64,000 nt of DNA from a bacterium (GCA_031082185.1 JAVHLI010000001.1:313980-377979); one strand, 5' to 3'; shown: positions 40,022 through 52,098, counted from the first letter of the stretch. Numbers and translations are program-made. The notes: generated by a model from the sequence alone, not told the origin.

Positions 40022-40537
40022 TTATCCTCTCCTCAGCGGCTTGAAGTACCGAATGTCGGTGATGGCGCCCTGGCGCGCCCGCTCGGGCTTCCACACCGCA
40101 CGGACCCGCATACCGATGTGCACCCGGTCCGGGGCGACCCCGCCCATCAGGTGCATGATGCCCGCGGGCGGCGACGTGCCGTCCAGGTCAATCACCGCGG
40201 GGATCAGTGGTTCGGCGATCCGCTTCACGTCCCAGGTGACATAGCACAGCGAGAAGGTGTTCACGGTTCCGACGTCTGAGAGGGGCACGAAGGCGTCCAT
40301 CGGGGCGAAGCACTGCTCGCAGAACGCGCGCGGCGGCACGACCGTGCGCTCGCACCGGGTGCATCGGACCCCTAGGATCACGCCTGCCTTCAGGCCATCG
40401 AGGTACAGGCCGACGGCCAAGCCCGCATCCCAGGCATAGTCGGCCCGGAGCCGGTCGTGGACGGAGAGCACGCGTCCCTGCTCGATATCCTCTTCGCTGA
40501 GGGCGGTGCCCGGGTAGGACGCAATCCGCTGGGTCAT
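40022..40537 (-). CDS. DUF35 Zn-ribbon/OB-fold protein
   Basis: RCTRCERTVVPPRAFCEQC; GAITDIRYFKP. Confidence 0.88.
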   Translation of the reverse strand: MTQRIASYPGTALSEEDIEQGRVLSVHDRLRADYAWDAGLAVGLYLDGLKAGVILGVRCTRCERTVVPPRAFCEQCFAPMDAFVPLSDVGTVNTFSLCYVTWDVKRIAEPLIPAVIDLDGTSPPAGIMHLMGGVAPDRVHIGMRVRAVWKPERARQGAITDIRYFKPLRRG

Positions 40538-40552
40538 CTCCTCACCCCTCGC

Positions 40553-41731
40553 TCACGCGGGCCGCTGCGTGCCCAGGATCGTTACTGTTCCCACCTGCAT
40601 CAGGTCGCCCCAGGCCTGGGCCAGGCCGCGCTCAGGCGTCCCCGGTACCTGGCGTGCTCCTGCTTCGCCGCGCAACTGCCAGAAGAGCTCCGCGACCTTC
40701 ATCAGGCCGGCCGCGGTGATCGGATTGCCTACTCCGAGCAGGCCGCCGGACGGGCAGACCGGCATGGCCCCGTTGCGCGCGGTCACGCCCTGAGCGGTCA
40801 GCTCCGGCGCCTTGCCGCGGTCGGCGAGGAGCAGTCCTTCCAGGTGGTGTAGCTCTTTGTAGTCGAACGGGTCGTAGGGCTCGACGATGTGGATCTCCTT
40901 CCGGGGTTCACGCACTCCGGCCATATCGTACGCCATGCGCGCGGCCCGCTCCACGTACTCCGGGTAGGCCAGGTCGCGGTTGGTCCAGTAGGCGGTGTCG
41001 AGGTTCCAGCCCACTCCCTGCACCCACACTGGCCGGTCGGTGATCCGCTCCGCCACGCCTTCGGCGGCCATGACGATGGCGACCGCTCCATCGCTGACCG
41101 GGCTGACGTCGAGGCGCTGCACCGGCCAGGCCAACACCTCGGAATTCAAGACGTCTTCAACCGTTATGTTGGCTTCACCGAGCATCGCGCACGGGTGGTC
41201 GGCGGCGTTGCGCTTGTTCTTCACGGCGACCTGCGCGATGTCGCGCTTGGAGATGCCGTAGGCCTGCATGTAGCGGTTCATCTCCAGGGCGAAGATCCAC
41301 AGCAGGTTGGGTTCCAGCGGGCGCTCGGTGGTGTGGTCGAAGATGGTCAGGAACGCCGCCTGGGCGTGCGGGTAGAAGCTCGACATCTTCTCCTCGGCGA
41401 CCACCAGCACCACGTCGAACAGGCCGCTGGCGACGTGGTACCAGCCGTGCGGGCCAAGGAACACACCGGTTCCGCCTCCAACGTACGACCGCATCACCGG
41501 CTTGCCCCAGGCCCCGCTCCCGTCAGAGAGGTACTCGCCCTTCATGTGCACGCCGTCGAAGGCGTCGGGCGCGCTGCCGATGCAGACGCCGCCGACGTCG
41601 TTCAGCGTGAGCCCGCAGGAGTCCAGGGCCATCCGGGCGGCGTGCCAGGCCAGTTCTTTCGGCGTTTCCATGGCCCGCCGCACGAACCGGGTCATTCCGG
41701 CGCCTACCACGGCGACGCGTCGCATGCTCAT
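40553..41731 (-). CDS. Thiolase-fold protein lacking the catalytic Cys (Ltp3-like)
   Basis: VAVVGAGMT, APDAFDG, VAVKNKRNA, SDGA, EPYDPF, PSGGLLGVGNP. Confidence 0.8.
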   Translation of the reverse strand: MSMRRVAVVGAGMTRFVRRAMETPKELAWHAARMALDSCGLTLNDVGGVCIGSAPDAFDGVHMKGEYLSDGSGAWGKPVMRSYVGGGTGVFLGPHGWYHVASGLFDVVLVVAEEKMSSFYPHAQAAFLTIFDHTTERPLEPNLLWIFALEMNRYMQAYGISKRDIAQVAVKNKRNAADHPCAMLGEANITVEDVLNSEVLAWPVQRLDVSPVSDGAVAIVMAAEGVAERITDRPVWVQGVGWNLDTAYWTNRDLAYPEYVERAARMAYDMAGVREPRKEIHIVEPYDPFDYKELHHLEGLLLADRGKAPELTAQGVTARNGAMPVCPSGGLLGVGNPITAAGLMKVAELFWQLRGEAGARQVPGTPERGLAQAWGDLMQVGTVTILGTQRPA

Positions 41732-42900
41732 GATTCCCTCCCGCCCAACTGGTTGCTCAGCACAGCCACGGCGCCGCCGGTAGTGGGCACCCCGCGCCAG
41801 GACTGAGCGAGCCCGGTGTGGACATCGCCGAGCTGTCGGGAGCCCGCCTGCCCCCGCAGCTGCAGCACCACTTCCAGGACGCGTGCCAGCCCGGAGGCCT
41901 CCAGCAGGTGGCCGACTCCCAGGCTCCCGCCGGATACGTTGACCGGCAGGCATCCGTCCGGGGCAGTCGCGCCTTCCACGGTAAGCGGTCCGGCCCTCCC
42001 TTGGGCGCAGAGCCCCAGTGCCTCCAGGTGCTGGAGTTCCTTGTAAGCGTAGGTGTCGTCCACCTCGGCGAACTGGATCTCTTCCGCCGGGTTACCGATA
42101 CCGGCCATCTTGTACGCCATCGCCGCCGCCCGCTCCGCGTACACTGCCCTGGCCCAGCACCGGCTCTCCAGCGAGGGGCTGTCGTTGGCCCAGCCGATTC
42201 CGCGTATCCAAGCAGGATGGGGCGAGAGGCGCCCGGCGGTCTCGGCGTCTGCCAGGACGATGACGATCGCGCCGTCGGCGTGGTCGCTGATCTCCAGACG
42301 GGCCAGCGGTGAGGCCACTGCTTCGGACGCCAGCACGTCCTCGGTTCGGAGGTCGGCCCCGTACGCGGCGGCAGGGTTGCGCAGCGCGTTGCGCCGGTTC
42401 TTTGTGACCACCGCCGCGCATTGCTCGCGCGTCGCCCCGGACTCGTGCGTGTAGCGGCAGGCCTCCAGCCCGGCCACGGCGAGCGGGTTGGCCGCCAGCG
42501 GCCTGTTGAGGATCGGGTCCAGCGCGTAGGCCGTGATGTGCGGAAGGGTGAGGATGTTGCTGGCCTTGCTGTGTCCTTCCACAACTACGACCCGGAACCG
42601 GCCGGTCAGGATCTGCATCACCGCGGCAGCCAGCCCGTGCAGGCCGTCGCCGGTGATTGTGTGTACGGGTCGCTGCGCCCCGCCGATCTGGTCGGGCACG
42701 TACTCATCGAAGATGCTCGTGCCCTCGTGGAAGTCCTCGGACACGGTCACGAAGCTGTCCACGTCGCGCCGTGGGTTCACGCCGGCATCGGCGTAGGCAC
42801 GGACCGCGGCTTCGTAGATCAACTCCTTGTAGGAGGCCTCGGGTGTGACAGGCCGGAAGCCGGCCCAGCCTACGCCGATGATTGCAACGGGGTGCGTCAT
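41728..42900 (-). CDS. Thiolase-fold protein lacking the catalytic Cys (Ltp4-like)
   Basis: VAIIGVG, HTITGDG, VEGHSKAS, KNRRNA, DGAIV, NVSGGSLGVGH. Confidence 0.8.
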   Translation of the reverse strand: MTHPVAIIGVGWAGFRPVTPEASYKELIYEAAVRAYADAGVNPRRDVDSFVTVSEDFHEGTSIFDEYVPDQIGGAQRPVHTITGDGLHGLAAAVMQILTGRFRVVVVEGHSKASNILTLPHITAYALDPILNRPLAANPLAVAGLEACRYTHESGATREQCAAVVTKNRRNALRNPAAAYGADLRTEDVLASEAVASPLARLEISDHADGAIVIVLADAETAGRLSPHPAWIRGIGWANDSPSLESRCWARAVYAERAAAMAYKMAGIGNPAEEIQFAEVDDTYAYKELQHLEALGLCAQGRAGPLTVEGATAPDGCLPVNVSGGSLGVGHLLEASGLARVLEVVLQLRGQAGSRQLGDVHTGLAQSWRGVPTTGGAVAVLSNQLGGRES

Positions 42901-43133
42901 GGAATCCTCCTGACGGACTTGGGGCGGGGGCTCACTCCATGTGGCTTCTTCGCCTGGTGTCGCGGTACCTTCCGTCCGGGAAGTCGGCCCGGGCCGCGGT
43001 CCCCCTCTGTAACCGGCAGGGATAGGATCCTCGTACCAAACGCAGGCACTCTTGCAAATAGTGACGCCATACGCAAGAACAGACTCGTGCGGTGGGGTTA
43101 CTCCCCCCCGCTGAACTCTGATACCATAACCTC

Positions 43134-44378
43134 GTGAGTTCCCCCCGCGACGATGTGGTTGTAACCGGCCTGGGGGCCGTCACCCCCGTAGGTTTGAGCG
43201 CGTCCGCCACATGGCAGGCCCTGTGTGCCGGCCGGTCCGGCGTCGGACGCCTTACGCAGTTCGACGCCTCGGGGCTCCCGGTGCAGATCGCCGCCGAGGT
43301 GAAGGAGTTCGATCCGTCACGGTACGTGGACGGCAAGATGGCCGGCCGCCTGGAACGGTTTGCGCAGTTCGCGCTGGCGGCCGCTACCGAGGCGCTCGCG
43401 GACGCGGGTCTGAACGTGGGGGAGGCCGAGGCGGACCGGATCGGCGTGGTGATGAACACCGGCGGCGGCGGGCTCGGACTGATGGAGCGGGAGAAGGCCG
43501 TGCTGGACTCACGCGGCCCACGCCGCGTGAGTCCGCTGTTCGTCCCGATGATGATGTCCAACATCGCCTCCTGCCAGATCTCGATCTCGCTGGGGCTTCG
43601 CGGTCCGGTCCTCACCTCGACCGCAGCGTGCGCGGCGGGTGTGCTCGCGGTGGTGGACGCGGCCCGGCTGATCCGGGACGGTGAGGCGGACGTTATCATC
43701 GCCGGCGGGTGCGAGTCGGCGCTGACTCCCCTCTCGTTTGCCGCGATGTCGAACATGCGGGCCCTGTCCAGGCGCAACGACGAGCCCGAACGGGCCAGTC
43801 GGCCCTTCGATCTGAACCGGGACGGGTTCGTCTTCGGGGAGGGATCGGTCGCGCTGGTGCTGGAGCGCCGGGACCATGCAGAGGCCCGAGGGGCGCGGAT
43901 CTATGCCGCGGCCATGGGGGGCGCCGTTACCGCCGATGCGTACCACGTCGCCGCGCCCGATCCCGAGGGCCGCGGGGCGGCACGGGCGATGACTCGCGCG
44001 CTGCAGTACGCTGGGCTCTCCCCGGATGACGTGGACTACATCTGCGCTCACGCCACGGCCACCGAGGTTGGCGACGTGGCCGAGGCCCGCGCGATCCGGC
44101 AGGCTCTGGGGCACCGCGCGGACCGCGTCGCGGTCAGCGCTCCGAAGTCCATGGTAGGGCACCTTATGGGCGCAGCCGGCGCTTTAGGCGCGCTTGTTGC
44201 GGTCAAAGCAATCCACGAAGGCGTTGTCCCTCCCACCATCAACCTCGAACGGCAGGATCCGGAGTGCGATCTGGACTGCGTGCCGAACGTGGCCCGGCGC
44301 ATGGAGGTCGGTGTCGCCATGGTCAACGGTTTCGGCTTCGGCGGTCAGAACATCGTCGCCGTATTCGCGCGCGCGTGA
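43134..44378 (+). CDS. fabF: 3-oxoacyl-ACP synthase II
   Basis: VVVTGLG, TAACAAG, SRPFDLNRDGFV, AHATAT, KSMVGH, NGFGFGGQN. Confidence 0.92.
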   Translation: MSSPRDDVVVTGLGAVTPVGLSASATWQALCAGRSGVGRLTQFDASGLPVQIAAEVKEFDPSRYVDGKMAGRLERFAQFALAAATEALADAGLNVGEAEADRIGVVMNTGGGGLGLMEREKAVLDSRGPRRVSPLFVPMMMSNIASCQISISLGLRGPVLTSTAACAAGVLAVVDAARLIRDGEADVIIAGGCESALTPLSFAAMSNMRALSRRNDEPERASRPFDLNRDGFVFGEGSVALVLERRDHAEARGARIYAAAMGGAVTADAYHVAAPDPEGRGAARAMTRALQYAGLSPDDVDYICAHATATEVGDVAEARAIRQALGHRADRVAVSAPKSMVGHLMGAAGALGALVAVKAIHEGVVPPTINLERQDPECDLDCVPNVARRMEVGVAMVNGFGFGGQNIVAVFARA

Positions 44379-44382
44379 GCGA

Positions 44383-44400
44383 GCAGCGTGAACAAGCAGC

Positions 44401-44412
<12 letters not shown>
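44383..44412. repeat. 13-bp tandem duplication spanning the ATPase start
   Basis: gcagcgtgaacaa x2 followed by gcag. Confidence 0.8.
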
Positions 44413-46551
<2,139 letters not shown>

Positions 46552-46581
46552 TGCGCGGCCAGAAGCGTCTGCACACCGGGA

Positions 46582-48040
46582 TGTCGTAGCCCAGTAATCC
46601 TGTCACCCTAATGGCTCTATGAATATGTCACCCCTGGGTTTGGAGCTGCCTACGTCGCGCAGTGGTTATGGTCGCTTGCCGCCAGGGGTGATCCGGCGGC
46701 GGGATGTACCTCTCCCGGGGTGGCTGTTCGCCGTTGCCTGGGAGAGGGGTACTCGGATGCGGCTTGCCCTCAACGAATCGCTCCAGGGGCTGTCCAGAGG
46801 GGTGCTTCTCTGGCGTGAGCGCCTTGGCGGCGAGGCGCTGGCCGCGGTAATACACAGCGAGCGTGCCATCCAGATGTGCGTGGACATCGACGCGGGCTCG
46901 GGCATAGCTGCGTCCACCTGATCCGGGTCGGAGCTGGAGGAGACGGCCGTCGAGTTGGATGGTGTTATCGTTTTGGACGGTGCGCTGGTACTTGAAGCAG
47001 CAGATGCGGTCGAGGTCTCTCTGGGCCGGGGCCGGGCGCCAAGCGGGCTCGGGGTGCGCAGGGGCGTGAGTGAAGCGAGCATTGTAGCGTGGGAGAAAGC
47101 GATCGAGCACGCACTGGGCCTGAGAGAGCGTGCGCGCCTGGGCGAGGCGGAGCTCGATGACCAGGCGATCCTGGAAGGTGCCAAAGAGCCGCTCGATCCG
47201 CCCCTTGGCCTGTGGGGAATGCGCACCGATCCAGCGGATGCCGAGTTCCTGGAGGGCGCGTCCTACCTGGGTGGACGCGGGCCGGCCCTGGAGCTGCTCA
47301 GCCAGGGTGAGTGGGGCGCGGGGATCGCGGTGGAAGATCCCGTGGCGGTCGGTGTAGGCCGCAGTGGGGAGGCCATAGCGCCGGATGATCTGGCGGAGGA
47401 GCAGGAAGTAGCCGTGGGCATCTTCCTCCAGGCGGAAGACGCCGCCGAGGACCTGGCCCGTGGCGTCATCGATGGCGGCGTGGAGCACGAGGCGCGGCCC
47501 GCGATCTTCGAGCCAGGGGTGATGGCTGCCGTCCATCTGGACGAGGAGGCCGGCTTGGGGCATGCGTTCCCGGCGGCTGCGATGGCGTGGGGGACGGCGG
47601 GTACGGGGGCTGCCGATCCCGGCCGCGCGGAGGAGCCGCTGCACGGTCTGGCGGGAAAGCCGGAGGCCCTCGCGCTCCCGGAGCAACTCGGTGAGGTGGT
47701 GATCGTTCACGCCCTCATAGGTGGTACGGGCCAGGGTGAGGATGCGGTCCCTGACGGCCTCCGGGAGGCGCCGCGAGGAGGGGCGGCCGCGGTTGCCATG
47801 GGCGAGGGCAGCGAGGCCCTGCTGGCGCAGGCAGGCCAGCAGCCGTCGGAGAGGTGGCGAAGGGAAAGGCCCAACAGCACAGCGGCCTCCGTAGCCCGTA
47901 GAACGCCGTGCTGAACCCGGGCCAAGACTTGGACACGGTGTTGCTCCTTCTGGGTCAAGATAATCGTCTCCCTAGTCATGCTCCCAGGGTGACAGATTCA
48001 TTGGCCCGTTGGCGGGTGACAAAATCATTGACCTATTACA
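46582..48040 (-). mobile_element. Insertion sequence, IS1202 family (formerly ISNCY; IS481-related), with a 16-bp target site duplication
   Basis: TGT...ACA ends; direct repeat CGTCTGCACACCGGGA at 46566-46581 and 48041-48056; subterminal TGTCACCC twice at the left end and GGGTGACA twice at the right end; encloses a DDE transposase. Confidence 0.9.
46628..47979 (-). pseudogene. DDE (rve-type) transposase interrupted by a 2-nt frameshift
   Basis: The N-terminal HTH MTRETIILTQKE...LGLSLRH continues in another frame as RRLLACLRQQGLAALAHGNRGR into QMDGSHH, IDDATG, YTDRHG, SPQAKGRIER; extra dinucleotide near 47849-47853. Confidence 0.85.
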
Positions 48041-48056
48041 CGTCTGCACACCGGGA

Positions 48057-48085
48057 TTGACCCCTCGATCCCACCGTGATAGTCT
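48057..48085 (+). promoter_or_regulatory. Probable promoter of the racemase operon
   Basis: TTGACC-N17-TAGTCT immediately after the right target duplication. Confidence 0.5.
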
Positions 48086-48176
48086 TTCACAAAACAAGCC
48101 GACCGAGCTTCTATTTTCCGGTATTCGCAATCCTCCTGCCCCCTGCTTAGGAATTCAGAGTACGGAGGTGCCTGGA

Positions 48177-48983
48177 ATGCGGGGACTCTATCTCGTTCCT
48201 GGAGAGATAACACGTTGGCGGGGAGGCGCGCAGGAATTGGCGCGCCGGCGCGACGTGGTTCAGCGCGTCGCCGGTCCCACGTGGGCCATAGAGGCCTGGG
48301 ACGTGAAGGGCGGGCCGCTGTCGATAGAGTCCGCGTACGAGGAGTACCTGTCCATACCCGGTTCCGTGGAGCGCCTGGTTGAGGCCGAGCGCGCCGGGTT
48401 CGACGGCGCCATCCTGGGATGCTTCGGGGATCCGGGGATCGACGCGATCCGCGAGATGGTCTCGATACCCGTGATCGGCCCGGGCGAGGCGGCGATGCTG
48501 CTGGCCGCGACGCTGGGACACAGGTTCAGCATCGTGACGGTCCTCCCATCGGTGATACCCTTGCTCGAGCGGCTGGCATGGCAGGTGGGGGTGGACCGTA
48601 AACTTGCCTCGGTGCGCGCGGTCGACATCCCGGTGCTCGAGATCGCCAAGGATCCGGGCAGGACCTTCTCCCGGATGGTCCGTGAGGCCGAGGCGGCGCG
48701 CGACCAGGAGCGGGCGGACGCCATCGTGATGGGCTGCATGACGATGGCCTTCCAGGGCGCGCAGGACGAGATGTCCGAGCGCCTCGGCATCCCAGTCGTC
48801 AACCCCGTGCACGCGGCGACGAAGATGATGCAGATGTTGTGCGAGCTCGGCTTGCGCCACAGCCGCAGGGCCTACCCGGTACCCCCGAAGATCACGAAGC
48901 AGGCCTCGCGTCAGGTCAAACGCCAGGCCAAGCGCAAGGGCGAAGCCAAGGCCACAGGGGTGGTTTCCCGTGGGCCGCGTTAG
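48177..48983 (+). CDS. Asp/Glu/hydantoin racemase family protein
   Basis: GGAGG RBS; GPLSIES, GCFGDPG, IPVIGPGEA, MGCMTM, IPVVNP. Confidence 0.88.
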   Translation: MRGLYLVPGEITRWRGGAQELARRRDVVQRVAGPTWAIEAWDVKGGPLSIESAYEEYLSIPGSVERLVEAERAGFDGAILGCFGDPGIDAIREMVSIPVIGPGEAAMLLAATLGHRFSIVTVLPSVIPLLERLAWQVGVDRKLASVRAVDIPVLEIAKDPGRTFSRMVREAEAARDQERADAIVMGCMTMAFQGAQDEMSERLGIPVVNPVHAATKMMQMLCELGLRHSRRAYPVPPKITKQASRQVKRQAKRKGEAKATGVVSRGPR

Positions 48984-49566
48984 CCATCTGGACGCGCTCG
49001 ACAAGGGCATCATCCGCGCGCTGCAGCGCGACGGGCGCGCCAGCTTCAGCACCATGGCAAGGGCGCTGGGCGTCACCGAGGGAACGGTGCGCAACCGCCT
49101 CTCCCGCCTCCTTGCCGACCGGGTAATCCGGGTGGTGGCCGTGGCCGACCTACTGAAGGTCGGGATGCACGCGGCGGCCATCACCGGCATGAACGTCCAG
49201 CGCAGCAAGATGAGCCGGGCCCTGGCCCGCCTGATGGAGATGCCCGAGGTCCGCTACGTCGCGGTCACCACGGGCACCTTCGACATCATCGTCGAGGTCG
49301 TGCTACCCGATACCGACAGCCTGCACGACTTCCTGGTGGACGGCCTGGCGAGCGTGCCCGGCCTGATCAGGACCGACACCTCAATGATCCTGAAGATCCA
49401 CAAGCAGAGCTACATCTGGCTTCCGGAACCGGCCGGTGTGGCTCCGAGTGACTCCAGCGTGAAATCGAAGCAGCGTCACGCGAAGCAGGGCGAATCTAAG
49501 CAGCGCGAATCTAAGCAGCGCCGGGGCGATTCGAAGCCACGGCGACGCAAGACAAAGGGGGAGTAA
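48970..49566 (+). CDS. Lrp/AsnC-family regulator with a basic repetitive C-terminal tail
   Basis: LDALDKGIIRALQRDGRAS, GVTEGTVRNR, TTGTFDI. Confidence 0.9.
   Translation: MGRVSHLDALDKGIIRALQRDGRASFSTMARALGVTEGTVRNRLSRLLADRVIRVVAVADLLKVGMHAAAITGMNVQRSKMSRALARLMEMPEVRYVAVTTGTFDIIVEVVLPDTDSLHDFLVDGLASVPGLIRTDTSMILKIHKQSYIWLPEPAGVAPSDSSVKSKQRHAKQGESKQRESKQRRGDSKPRRRKTKGE
49462..49542 (+). repeat. 15-bp coding repeat (xSKQR-like pentapeptide, about 5 units)
   Basis: gaatctaagcagcgc exactly duplicated at 49492-49521, with degenerate flanking units. Confidence 0.8.
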
Positions 49567-49568
49567 TC

Positions 49569-51149
49569 ATGCGCTTCCGCACCATTGGCATCCTTGTGGT
49601 GGGTCTGGTCCTGGTCGTCGGAGGGCTTCCGCCGGCGAGCGGTGGGCCGGCGTCGGGCGGGGGATCCGTTGTGTTCCCGATCGTTGCCGACCCCACATTC
49701 AACCCGTGGCACCCTCGAGCGTTCGTCGAGTCGGTGTTTCCGAACCGCGTGATCTACAATGGGCTGACGAAGCCTGGCAAGAACCTCCAGCCCGCGCCCG
49801 ACCTAGCGGAGCGCTGGGAGATCTCGTCCGATGGGCTCGTCTGGACGTTTTTCTTGCGCAAGGGCGTCAAGTGGCACGACGGAAGGGACTTCACTTCAGA
49901 GGACGTCAAGTTCACCTACGACATCGTCATGGACCCCAAGCTTGCCGCGTCGGGGTCCGCGAACTTCCGGACGGTGAAGGAGGTCAAGATCGTCGATCCG
50001 CACACGGTGCAGTTCGTGCTCCACAGTCCCGTGGCGAGCTTGGCGGCGTTTGTTGGTACGAACGCCGGCATTATCCCCAAGCACGCCTTCCAGGGGATCG
50101 CCGACCCCTGGACCCACGACGCCTTCAACAAGCGCGCACCGATCGGCACCGGCGCTTTCAAGATGAAGGAGTACGTGCCGGGGGCGTACGTCACGCTGGA
50201 GCGCAACCCCAACTACTTCGCGGGAACGCCGACGCTCGATACGGTCACCTTCAAGGTGTTGCCCGACATCAACGCGCAGGTCGCGCAGCTGCTCTCGGGC
50301 GACCTGACCCTCGTTTTCATCGACAACCCGGCGCTGGTACGTGCGGTCAGGGGCCGGCCGAACATAGACGTCACGACCGTGCCGCAGACCAACTTCTACT
50401 ACCTGGCGCCCAACTTCCAGACCGCGGTGTTCCAGGACCGCCGGGTCAGGCAGGCGATCATGCACTCCTGGGACCGGCCCGCGATGATCAACGGGTTCCT
50501 GCAGGGCTTCGCGCAGCCCGCGACAGGCCCGGTCTCACCTGCGCTGCGGGCGTACTACAACCCGAACGTCAAGACCTACGACTTCGACCGCAGCAGGGCG
50601 CGCGCCCTGCTGGCCGAGGCCGGCTGGCGGCCGGGCCCCGACGGGATGCTCACGAAGGACGGCCAGAGGTTCCGTTTCACCCTGACCTACGCGACCGTGC
50701 AGTACTTCGAGCCGCTGGCGGCGCTGGTGCAGCAGTACCTGAAGGCGGTCGGGATCGACGTCGTTCTCGAAGGCCTGGAGTTCAACCAGTTCATCACGCA
50801 GCGGCTGCTGCCGCGCAAGTTCGAGGCCTTGCTGGGTTGGTGGGTCACACCAGCCGACCCCGACTTCTTCAACTACCTGCACTCCAGCGCTGCCGAAAAG
50901 GGCTTCAACTTGCCGCTCTACAACAACAAGGAAGTCGATGCCCTCCTCGAGGCGGGACGCCAGGCGACCAACGTGCGCGACCGCCAGAAGGCGTACACTA
51001 GGTTCCAGGAGCTCGTGGCCGAGGACCTGCCCTACCTGTACCTCTGGTGGCCGAGCGAGATCCGCGCCGTCAACAAGCGCCTGAGCGGTCTGCCCAACAT
51101 CGGCCTGCGGGACGCCTTCCAGTACACGCACGAGTGGAGGTGGCAGTAG
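49569..51149 (+). CDS. Peptide ABC substrate-binding protein (family 5)
   Basis: PDLAERWE, LRKGVKWHDG, PIGTGAF. Confidence 0.92.
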   Translation: MRFRTIGILVVGLVLVVGGLPPASGGPASGGGSVVFPIVADPTFNPWHPRAFVESVFPNRVIYNGLTKPGKNLQPAPDLAERWEISSDGLVWTFFLRKGVKWHDGRDFTSEDVKFTYDIVMDPKLAASGSANFRTVKEVKIVDPHTVQFVLHSPVASLAAFVGTNAGIIPKHAFQGIADPWTHDAFNKRAPIGTGAFKMKEYVPGAYVTLERNPNYFAGTPTLDTVTFKVLPDINAQVAQLLSGDLTLVFIDNPALVRAVRGRPNIDVTTVPQTNFYYLAPNFQTAVFQDRRVRQAIMHSWDRPAMINGFLQGFAQPATGPVSPALRAYYNPNVKTYDFDRSRARALLAEAGWRPGPDGMLTKDGQRFRFTLTYATVQYFEPLAALVQQYLKAVGIDVVLEGLEFNQFITQRLLPRKFEALLGWWVTPADPDFFNYLHSSAAEKGFNLPLYNNKEVDALLEAGRQATNVRDRQKAYTRFQELVAEDLPYLYLWWPSEIRAVNKRLSGLPNIGLRDAFQYTHEWRWQ

Positions 51150-51150
51150 C

Positions 51151-52098
51151 CTGAGCAGGTTCCTGCTGCTGCGCGCGGCCCAGGCGCTGGTGGTGCTCTT
51201 CGTCGTCTCCACGCTGACGTTCTTGATGGTCAGCCTGGCCCCTGGCGGGCCGGCCATCATGGCGACGATGGAGACGACCGCGGAGATGCGCGACGCCCAC
51301 CGGCGCCGGCTTGGGCTCGACGAGCACGTGGCGATCCGGTTCGCCAAGTGGACCGCTGCCGCGGTGCGTCTTGAGTTTGGCCGCTCGTTCAACGACGGAC
51401 GCCCTGTCGCCGAGGTTATAGGGGAGAGGCTGCCCAACACCCTGCTCCTCGGCGGCACGGCGCTCCTGCTCTCTGTGCTCGTAGGCATCCCTGCGGGTAT
51501 CGTCTCTGCCACCCGCCGCTACTCGGCAACCGACCACATTGTCACCTTCTTGAGCTTCGTCGGGGTCTCGATCCCCGCGTTCTGGTTTGCGATCCTGCTG
51601 ATCCTTGCGTTCTCAGTGCGTCTCGATTGGCTTCCGGCCTCCGGGATGGCCACCATCGGCGCCTCGTTCTCGCTCGGCGACCGCGTGGCGCACCTGACCC
51701 TGCCGGCGCTGGTGCTGGCGACGGCGACGCTCCCGAATCTGGTCCGATTCATGCGGTCGGCGCTGATCGAGGAGATCGACCAGGACTACGTGCGCACGGC
51801 GCGCGCGAAGGGGCTCGCCAACCGCCGCGTCCTCTCGCACCACGCGATCCGCAACGCCCTCATTCCCGTGATCACGATGCTCGGTGTACTGATCCCGAGG
51901 CTCGTCGGCGGTGCCGTCATTACCGAGACCATCTTCGCCTGGCCCGGCATGGGCCAGCTCGCGGTCTCGTCGGCCGTGGGCCGCGACTACCCGCTCGTCA
52001 TGGGGCTGACGATCGTGGTGGCGATGGTGGTCATCGTCTCCAACCTGATGGTGGACGTCGCCTACGGCTGGCTCGACCCGCGGATCACCTATGGCTAG
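51151..52098 (+). CDS. Peptide ABC permease (DppB/OppB-like), probable CTG start
   Basis: LAPGGP, RLPNT, YVRTARAKG, HAIRNAL, ETIFAWPGMG, DPRI. Confidence 0.9.
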   Translation: MSRFLLLRAAQALVVLFVVSTLTFLMVSLAPGGPAIMATMETTAEMRDAHRRRLGLDEHVAIRFAKWTAAAVRLEFGRSFNDGRPVAEVIGERLPNTLLLGGTALLLSVLVGIPAGIVSATRRYSATDHIVTFLSFVGVSIPAFWFAILLILAFSVRLDWLPASGMATIGASFSLGDRVAHLTLPALVLATATLPNLVRFMRSALIEEIDQDYVRTARAKGLANRRVLSHHAIRNALIPVITMLGVLIPRLVGGAVITETIFAWPGMGQLAVSSAVGRDYPLVMGLTIVVAMVVIVSNLMVDVAYGWLDPRITYG

